64,000 bases of DNA, from NCBI GenBank assembly GCA_030655215.1, contig JAURVZ010000091.1, positions 3,137-67,136 on the forward strand, read 5' to 3'. A program made the translations under genes and the position numbers. The DNA is from Pseudolabrys sp. (GTDB lineage: Bacteria > Pseudomonadota > Alphaproteobacteria > Rhizobiales > Xanthobacteraceae). This document shows positions 58,056 through 64,000 of this stretch, piece after piece. The notes beneath the pieces are model-generated. The model saw only the letters and a list, made by a program, of their open reading frames with translations. It searched no databases and was not told the origin of the DNA. Position 1 is the stretch's first letter. Each line of letters opens with the position of its first letter.

Positions 58056-58863
58056 GATGCCCCCCAAACGTTTCTTGTTGCCGGATGTGCTGCGGCGGTA
58101 CGAAAGTGATAGCGGCTGGCGGCGCCGGGCGCGTGCGCAGCCGCATGCCCTTGATCCAGAGCTTGAGCGCTTCCCAGTGAATGGCGGCGACGACTTTGAG
58201 CGTCAGCAGCGGGAAGGCGGCAAAGGCAGCAAACAGCGCGCCATCGGTGAGTTCGCGGCGCTTTCCGGCCAACGACGCCGTGATGACGCGGCCTTTCGCG
58301 TCGGCGCTATCAATCACCAGCGCGATGCGCTCTGAAGGAGGCTGCACGCGGAATGTGTAGGAAATGTCCATGTCCATGAAGGGTGAGACATAGAATGCCT
58401 TGAGGCAACGCTGCTCCAGCGGCTCGCCGGCCGCATCGCCATCCTCGACCGGAATGAGATAGCTGTGCCGCTCGCCGAACGTGTTGTGCACCTCGTAGAG
58501 CAAAGCGGCGAGCTGGCCGTCGCGGTGATAGCAGTAATAGACGCTGATCGGATTGAAGGTGAAGCCGAGGATGCGCGGCATGCAGAGCAGGCGGATGCTG
58601 CCGCCCTCGAGATCGATATTGGCCTGGCGGAGGTAAGCCTCGACCTGCGTGCGCAACGGAGTCGCCGAGCCATCGCCGTGATCGGCATTGTAGAAGCCGA
58701 ACAGGTTGAAACGCTCAAGTGAAAACAGCCGCAGCTTCTTGGTGAGTGCCGGCAATTCGTCGAGATCGAGCAGCGCCCAGAACACGCGGTACGACAAACG
58801 ATGCTGCTTCGGCTTGAAGCGCCGGTGCATCACCGTGCCGGTGTAAAGGGCGGAATTGTTCAT
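58048..58863 (-). CDS. DUF1365 protein (UfaO-like)
   Basis: VMHRR.P..H, PRILG.FNPISVY, EVHNTFGERHSY, K.FYVSPF and IHWEALKLW motifs. Confidence 0.88.
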   Translation of the reverse strand: MNNSALYTGTVMHRRFKPKQHRLSYRVFWALLDLDELPALTKKLRLFSLERFNLFGFYNADHGDGSATPLRTQVEAYLRQANIDLEGGSIRLLCMPRILGFTFNPISVYYCYHRDGQLAALLYEVHNTFGERHSYLIPVEDGDAAGEPLEQRCLKAFYVSPFMDMDISYTFRVQPPSERIALVIDSADAKGRVITASLAGKRRELTDGALFAAFAAFPLLTLKVVAAIHWEALKLWIKGMRLRTRPAPPAAITFVPPQHIRQQETFGGHRV

Positions 58864-60212
58864 GACAGAACTTCCGCCAGCGGCGCGGGCTCGGCATCGA
58901 TGTGAATGCGGCCGGACTCGTTGGCGACATCCCACGGCCGCCGCACGCCGCCGAGCTGTTCGGCAACGGCGAGACCGGATTGCAAGCCATCCTCATGGAA
59001 GCCGGCGCCGAAATAAGCGCCGCAGAACCAGGTGCGGTTGACGCCTTGCAGCGACCACAGCTTCTGCTGCGCCGCTTGAGCCTCAGAGTCGAGCATCGGA
59101 TGCTCGTAGACCTCGGAATGGAATATCGTGCCGGCATGCGGTGGCCGGGCCGGATTGAGCGTGACGAACAGCGGCGTTTTTGAGGGCAGATTCTGCAGCC
59201 GGTTCATCCAGTACGACACAGTGACGGCACCGGCGGCGTGATCGCGCCCACCGATATAATTCCAGCTTGACCAGACCGCCTTCCGCCGCGGCATCAGACC
59301 CTCGTCACAGTGCAGAACTGCAAGGTTGCTGCTGTAGCGGAACTTCGTCAAGACCGCGCGTTCCTCGCGGCTCGGTTGCGACAACATAGCCAGCGCCTGG
59401 TCGGCGTGGGACGCCATGACCACGTGGTCGTAGCGCTGCGTGTCGCCGGCGGCGGTGTCGATCTCGACGCCATCATCGTCGCGCCGGATGGCAACAATGT
59501 TCTCGTTGAGCCGGATGTTCTGCGCATAGGGCGCGGTCAGCTTCTCGACATAGGCGCGGCTGCCGCCTTGCACCGTGCGCCAGATCGGCCGGTTGGTCAG
59601 TTTCAGCAGGCCATGATTGTCGGAAAAGCGGATGAAGGAGGCCGCCGGATAGTCCAGCATAGCCGCCGCCGGCGCCGACCAGATCGCCGCCGCCATTGGC
59701 AGCAAATGGTCGTCGCGAAAGGCCGCGCCATAGCCGCCGACTTTGAGATAGTCGCCGAGCGTTGCCTTCGCCCCGAGCTTGGCGATGTCGCCTGGTGCGT
59801 CGCGGTAGAAGCGGCGCAGGTCGCGCAGCATCGACCAGAAGCGCGGGCTGAAGAAATTTCGTTTCTGCGCAAACAAAGGCGCGATGCTGTCGCCGCCGGC
59901 ATATTCCAGCGCGGCATTGTCGAGCGACACCGCGAACGACATTTCGGTCGCCTGCGACGCCACGCCGAGATGCGCGAACATTGCGGTCAGGTTCGGATAG
60001 GTGTGCTCGTTATAGACGATGAAGCCGGTATCGACCGGCACGACGCCATGCGGCGTGTAGGCGTCAACGGTATTGGAATGCCCGCCGATGCGGTCGGCGC
60101 GCTCATACACGGTGACGTCATGCTTGCTGGACAGCAGCCAGGCAGCCGACATGCCGGAGATGCCGGATCCGACAACGGCGACTTTCAGACGCTTTGAGAC
60201 CCGTTCCAGCAT
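58860..60212 (-). CDS. FAD-dependent oxidoreductase (UfaD-like fatty acyl desaturase)
   Basis: VVGSGISG, GGHSNT, VDTGFIVYN..TYPN and GAYFGAGFHEDG motifs; start re-called at 60212. Confidence 0.88.
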   Translation of the reverse strand: MLERVSKRLKVAVVGSGISGMSAAWLLSSKHDVTVYERADRIGGHSNTVDAYTPHGVVPVDTGFIVYNEHTYPNLTAMFAHLGVASQATEMSFAVSLDNAALEYAGGDSIAPLFAQKRNFFSPRFWSMLRDLRRFYRDAPGDIAKLGAKATLGDYLKVGGYGAAFRDDHLLPMAAAIWSAPAAAMLDYPAASFIRFSDNHGLLKLTNRPIWRTVQGGSRAYVEKLTAPYAQNIRLNENIVAIRRDDDGVEIDTAAGDTQRYDHVVMASHADQALAMLSQPSREERAVLTKFRYSSNLAVLHCDEGLMPRRKAVWSSWNYIGGRDHAAGAVTVSYWMNRLQNLPSKTPLFVTLNPARPPHAGTIFHSEVYEHPMLDSEAQAAQQKLWSLQGVNRTWFCGAYFGAGFHEDGLQSGLAVAEQLGGVRRPWDVANESGRIHIDAEPAPLAEVLS

Positions 60213-60247
60213 CAAACCCCTCCGCCTCCCGCCGAATGTCCTCTTAT

Positions 60248-60273
60248 TACGGGGTGTTCCGGCGCTTGGATCA
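60248..60273 (-). promoter_or_regulatory. SigmaE (ECF11) promoter for the ufaD-O-M-like operon
   Basis: Minus strand TGATCC (60273-60268)-N16-CGTA (60251-60248). Confidence 0.85.
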
Positions 60274-60277
60274 CCGC

Positions 60278-60303
60278 TGATCCAAATTGGCGGCGCAGCC
60301 GTA
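60278..60303 (+). promoter_or_regulatory. SigmaE (ECF11) autoregulatory promoter for rpoE-chrR
   Basis: TGATCC (60278-60283)-N16-CGTA (60300-60303). Confidence 0.85.
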
Positions 60304-60311
60304 TTACCGTT

Positions 60312-60971
60312 ATGCAAGCGCTGGATTGGCGAAATGGACTTGAACTGGCTGCTCGCCCGGCAGGGCCGCCGCCGAAAGTGGGCACATTGCACAACAGGCC
60401 GACGCAAACCGACCTTAAAGCAAAGAGCCCCGCCGAATTGGCGCGGCTGATCGAGGCTGTGGCGGCGCGGCAAGACCGCGAAGCGTTCGCTTCACTGTTC
60501 GATCACTTTGCCCCGCGCATCAAGGCCTTTCTGATGCGCACCAATTTACCCGCGGCCGGCGCCGAAGAGCTGGCGCAGGAAGCGCTGCTGACGGTGTGGC
60601 GCAAGGCGCCGCAGTTCGATCGCGACCGCGCCGGCGCATCGTCCTGGATTTTCACCATTGCGCGCAATCTACGCATCGACAGCGCGCGCCGCGAACAGCG
60701 CGGCAAGGTGCTCGATCTCGAAGCAAGTGAAGACTTTGAACCGCCAGTGCCGCCCGACGCCGAGGTAATGGCGACCGAGCGTGACACGCGCGTGCGCGCC
60801 GCGCTCGAACATCTGACTGTTGAACAATTGCGCGTCGTGCGGCTGTCCTTCTTTGAAGGCAAGGCGCATGGCGACATCGCCACTGAACTTGAACTGCCAT
60901 TGGGCACGGTTAAATCGAGGATACGCCTCGCGATGAACCGCCTCCGTGACTTGCTTGGTGACCTGACATGA
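60312..60971 (+). CDS. rpoE: ECF sigma factor, RpoE of the sigmaE-ChrR type
   Basis: AEELAQE, WIFTIARNLRID (region 2) and PLGTVKSRIRLA (region 4); directly followed by chrR. Confidence 0.9.
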   Translation: MQALDWRNGLELAARPAGPPPKVGTLHNRPTQTDLKAKSPAELARLIEAVAARQDREAFASLFDHFAPRIKAFLMRTNLPAAGAEELAQEALLTVWRKAPQFDRDRAGASSWIFTIARNLRIDSARREQRGKVLDLEASEDFEPPVPPDAEVMATERDTRVRAALEHLTVEQLRVVRLSFFEGKAHGDIATELELPLGTVKSRIRLAMNRLRDLLGDLT

Positions 60972-61609
60972 GCCGACATCACCCCAAAAACGAAACCCTC
61001 GCCGAATTCGCCGCCGGCACTTTGGACGAAGGCCGCAGCCTTGTCGTCGCCGCGCATATGGCGATGTGCGGCGCCTGCCGTGGTGTGGTCGCCGCGTTTG
61101 AAGCGGTTGGCGGCCAGATGCTGTGCGAAATTGAGCCGGTGGCGATGTCGGACGGCGCCGCCGCGCGTGCGCTGGCTGCGCTCGATGACGAATCGCCGCG
61201 CGCCGCGCAGGCCAAACCCGCCGTGCGTCCGGTCTGGCAGTCCGAACAGCAGACTTTGCTCGGTTACGATCTCGGACCGTGGCGCTGGGTTGCGCCGGGC
61301 CTGCATTATCGCGCCGTGAAGACGCCGGACGTTGCCGGCACCCGCGTGTTCATGCTCAAGGCCGTGCCCGGCTTGAAAATCCCGCAGCACAATCACACCG
61401 GCACTGAGCTCACCTGCGTGCTGCAAGGCGCTTTCATTCATGAAGGCGGCCGCTACGGCCCCGGTGACTGTGACGATGCCGATCAGGATGACAGCCATAA
61501 TCCGGTGATCGACGAAGGCCAGGTATGCGTCTGTCTCGTGGCCATGCAGGGCGATATCAGAATGACCGGCGTCATCGGCCGGATGATCCAGCCGTTCATC
61601 CGTCTCTGA
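60968..61609 (+). CDS. chrR: Anti-sigma factor ChrR
   Basis: HHP...H.AMC..C ZAS motif and a C-terminal cupin (PQHNH.G.E...H.P). Confidence 0.92.
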   Translation: MSRHHPKNETLAEFAAGTLDEGRSLVVAAHMAMCGACRGVVAAFEAVGGQMLCEIEPVAMSDGAAARALAALDDESPRAAQAKPAVRPVWQSEQQTLLGYDLGPWRWVAPGLHYRAVKTPDVAGTRVFMLKAVPGLKIPQHNHTGTELTCVLQGAFIHEGGRYGPGDCDDADQDDSHNPVIDEGQVCVCLVAMQGDIRMTGVIGRMIQPFIRL

Positions 61610-61613
61610 TCGC

Positions 61614-62483
61614 ATGCCGAAGATTTCAAAACGCCATGTGCTGGCCGGTCTGCTGATATCCGGCCTGCTTGCGGGCTGTTCCGCCACGACGCCGCTGAAC
61701 GCGCTGGCTGACTCCGGCCCGTTTTCCGTTAGCAACGATCAGTATGGTGCCGGACCGCGTAACGGCGTCGATGTTTACACGCCTGCGCGCGCCAATCGCC
61801 GCCCGGTCATTGTTTTCTTCTACGGCGGCAGTTGGGACAGCGGCAACAAGCGGAACTATCGCTTCGTTGCCGCGGCTTTGGCCGAGCGTGGCTATGTCGT
61901 CGTCGTGCCGGACTATCGCGTCTATCCAGAGGTGCGGTTTGCCGGTTTCATGCAGGACAGCGCACAGGCTGTGGCCTGGACCAAGCGCAATGCCGGCCGC
62001 TTCGGCGGCGATGCCGCGCGCGTCTTCGTCATGGGTCATTCCGCCGGTGCGCATATCGCGGCGATGCTGTCGCTCGATGAGCAATGGCTGAAGGCCGTTG
62101 GTCTCAACGCCCGCCGTGACATTGCCGGGCTCATTGGTGTTGCTGGCCCGTACGACTTCCTGCCATTGCGCTCCAACCGGCTGAAGGAAATCTTCTCTGG
62201 AGACAATCCGCGCACGCAGCCGATCAATTTCGTCGATGGCGGTGAACCGCCATCCTTGCTGCTGCATGGGGGTCAGGACACGACTGTCGAGCCCGGCAAT
62301 ACGACGCGCCTCGCCAACAAGCTCCGCGCCAAGGGCAACCAGTCGACGGCGATCATTTACCCCAATGTCGGCCATGTACAGATCATTGGCGCCTTCGCGC
62401 CGCTGCTCAAGGGACTTGCGCCGGTGGTCGACGACGTCGACCGCTTCGTCAGGTCCCATTCCGGCAAGAGGACGGCGTCATGA
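61614..62483 (+). CDS. Alpha/beta hydrolase (esterase/lipase) lipoprotein
   Basis: Lipobox LAGC; YGGSW, GHSAG, D (QDTTV) and H (VGH) catalytic triad. Confidence 0.88.
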   Translation: MPKISKRHVLAGLLISGLLAGCSATTPLNALADSGPFSVSNDQYGAGPRNGVDVYTPARANRRPVIVFFYGGSWDSGNKRNYRFVAAALAERGYVVVVPDYRVYPEVRFAGFMQDSAQAVAWTKRNAGRFGGDAARVFVMGHSAGAHIAAMLSLDEQWLKAVGLNARRDIAGLIGVAGPYDFLPLRSNRLKEIFSGDNPRTQPINFVDGGEPPSLLLHGGQDTTVEPGNTTRLANKLRAKGNQSTAIIYPNVGHVQIIGAFAPLLKGLAPVVDDVDRFVRSHSGKRTAS

Positions 62484-63295
62484 CATCGCTGCAAGCCATC
62501 GTCGCGCTTATTGCCATTAGCGCCGCGCTGTCAGTCATCATGACAGGCGCCTGGCTGGCCTGGCGGCAGACTGGCAATTCCGGCTGGGTCGATACCGTAT
62601 GGACCTTCGGCCTCGGCCTGACTGGCATTGTCGCGGCTCTGGTGTCGATCGCCGGCGAGCCGACCATGCCGCGCCAGATCATCGTCGCCGCCTTCGCCGC
62701 GGTCTGGGCGGCGCGGCTCGGCCTGCATATCGCCACCCGCACGGCCAAGATCACCGACGATCCGCGCTATGCCGACCTGATCAAGGGCTGGGGCGCCGAC
62801 GCATCCCGGCAAATGTTCATCCTGCTGCAGAAGCAGGCACTTGTTTCGATCCCGCTCGCTTTCGCCATGTTCGTCGCCGCGCATCACCCGGCACCCGGCT
62901 TTGAAGCCCGCGATCTGCTCGCCATTCTGATTATGCTGATTGCGGTGGGTGGAGAGGGTATCTCTGACTGGCAGTTGCAAACCTTCAAAGCCAATCCCGC
63001 CAACAAAGGCGGCATCAACGATGTGGGCCTGTGGCGCTTCTCGCGTCACCCGAACTACTTCTTCGAGACCTTCGGCTGGCTCGCCTATCCGGTGCTCGCG
63101 ATCGATTTTACCGGCGCCTATCCGTGGGGCTTCGCTGCTCTGCTCGGCCCGGCCTGCATGTATTGGCTGCTGGTCTATGTTTCCGGCATTCCGCCGCTGG
63201 AAGAACACATGCTGCGCACGCGCGGCGACAAATTCCGCGCCTATCAGCGCCGCACCAATGCTTTCTTCCTCGGTCCCGTAAAGGACGTGTCATGA
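62480..63295 (+). CDS. DUF1295 (steroid 5-alpha-reductase-like) membrane protein
   Basis: VDTVW, DDPRY, D.QL..FK, GLWRFSRHPNYF and YQRRTNAF motifs. Confidence 0.88.
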   Translation: MTSLQAIVALIAISAALSVIMTGAWLAWRQTGNSGWVDTVWTFGLGLTGIVAALVSIAGEPTMPRQIIVAAFAAVWAARLGLHIATRTAKITDDPRYADLIKGWGADASRQMFILLQKQALVSIPLAFAMFVAAHHPAPGFEARDLLAILIMLIAVGGEGISDWQLQTFKANPANKGGINDVGLWRFSRHPNYFFETFGWLAYPVLAIDFTGAYPWGFAALLGPACMYWLLVYVSGIPPLEEHMLRTRGDKFRAYQRRTNAFFLGPVKDVS

Positions 63296-64000
63296 GTGCC
63301 ATCGAGCGTGCCATCCCGCTGTTTGAACGCCTGCCTTTGCCGGATGTGCTATCGCGCGCAGCGGTGTCCTATCTCGTCGGCCGCACGCGCAAGAAGCTGA
63401 CGAATGTGCCGAGCGACATCAACCGGCGCTTTGCCGCCGGCATGCCGAACTACCCGATTGCCGAAAGCGTCGATGACGCAAACGCCCAGCACTATGAAGT
63501 GCCGGCGGCGTTCTTCGAACTGGTGCTCGGACCGCGGCGCAAATATTCGTGCTGCTATTACGACGACAACACCACGACCTTGGCGGAAGCCGAAGAATTG
63601 TCGCTGGCGCAGACCGCCGAGCATGCGCTGCTCGCTGACGGCCAGCAGATTCTTGAACTCGGTTGTGGCTGGGGCTCTCTGTCTCTCTGGATGGCCAGCC
63701 ATTATCCGGCGGCGCGCATCACTGCGGTGTCGAACTCACAGTCGCAGCGCGAATATATCATGACGCAGGCGCGCCTGCACGGTCTCGTGAACCTTGACGT
63801 CATCACGGCCGACATGAACACGTTCGAGCCTTCGCAGCGCTTCGACCGCGTCGTCTCGGTCGAGATGTTCGAGCACATGTCCAATTGGCGCGCGCTGCTG
63901 ACACGTGTGCGCGGCTGGCTGAAGCCGCAGGGCCTGCTGTTCTTCCACATCTTCACGCACAAGAGCGCGCCCTATCGTTTCGAAAAGGGCGACAAGGAAG
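63292..64000 (+). CDS. Class I SAM-dependent methyltransferase, Cfa/CNMT-like, 3'-truncated
   Basis: Not in the ORF track because it has no stop in the window. ATG 63292 overlaps the DUF1295 stop. Translates to ANAQHYEVP..FF, KYSCCYY, ILELGCGWG and SVEMFEH. Confidence 0.88.
   Translation, partial: MSAIERAIPLFERLPLPDVLSRAAVSYLVGRTRKKLTNVPSDINRRFAAGMPNYPIAESVDDANAQHYEVPAAFFELVLGPRRKYSCCYYDDNTTTLAEAEELSLAQTAEHALLADGQQILELGCGWGSLSLWMASHYPAARITAVSNSQSQREYIMTQARLHGLVNLDVITADMNTFEPSQRFDRVVSVEMFEHMSNWRALLTRVRGWLKPQGLLFFHIFTHKSAPYRFEKGDKE

Overview
High-GC chromosomal window of an alphaproteobacterium of the Hyphomicrobiales/Rhizobiales. Evidence for the lineage: tRNA-His without G-1 and with A73, trxB-lsrB synteny, a PdhS-like kinase, phasins and CGTC/GTAG-type REP repeats. 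It is mostly core and metabolic content; I found no integrase, transposase, prophage or CRISPR array. From left to right: a DUF993/TctCBA/TIM-barrel/enolase catabolic cluster; tRNA-Arg(TCG); yegD; a DEAD-box helicase; MFS; MgtC; CaiB with a peptide-type ABC operon divergent from malonyl-CoA decarboxylase; glpD and glpK interleaved with two paralogous CheY-like receivers; AsmA; an Fe3+ ABC pair with an Irr-like box; a Tat-exported MBL hydrolase plus SCO; DUF1194; a PAS histidine kinase; two phasins; tRNA-His; an L,D-transpeptidase; an AbcR/ar15-like sRNA; a PQQ-type dehydrogenase plus di-heme cytochrome c; lsrB/vtlR-trxB/lrp; an ice-binding-like (DUF3494) autotransporter; greA; carB with a leader terminator; YihY; an aldo/keto reductase; and a sigmaE-ChrR locus with two back-to-back TGATCC-N16-CGTA promoters that drive probable furan-fatty-acid genes. 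The most notable items are the DUF3494-autotransporter fusion, the sRNA with a third C-rich loop, the carB leader attenuator candidate, the Cle-like receiver pair around glpK, the PhaR-like boxes shared by matA and phaP, and the compact sigmaE lipid-modification locus. All family calls come from motif recognition by eye, not from database searches.
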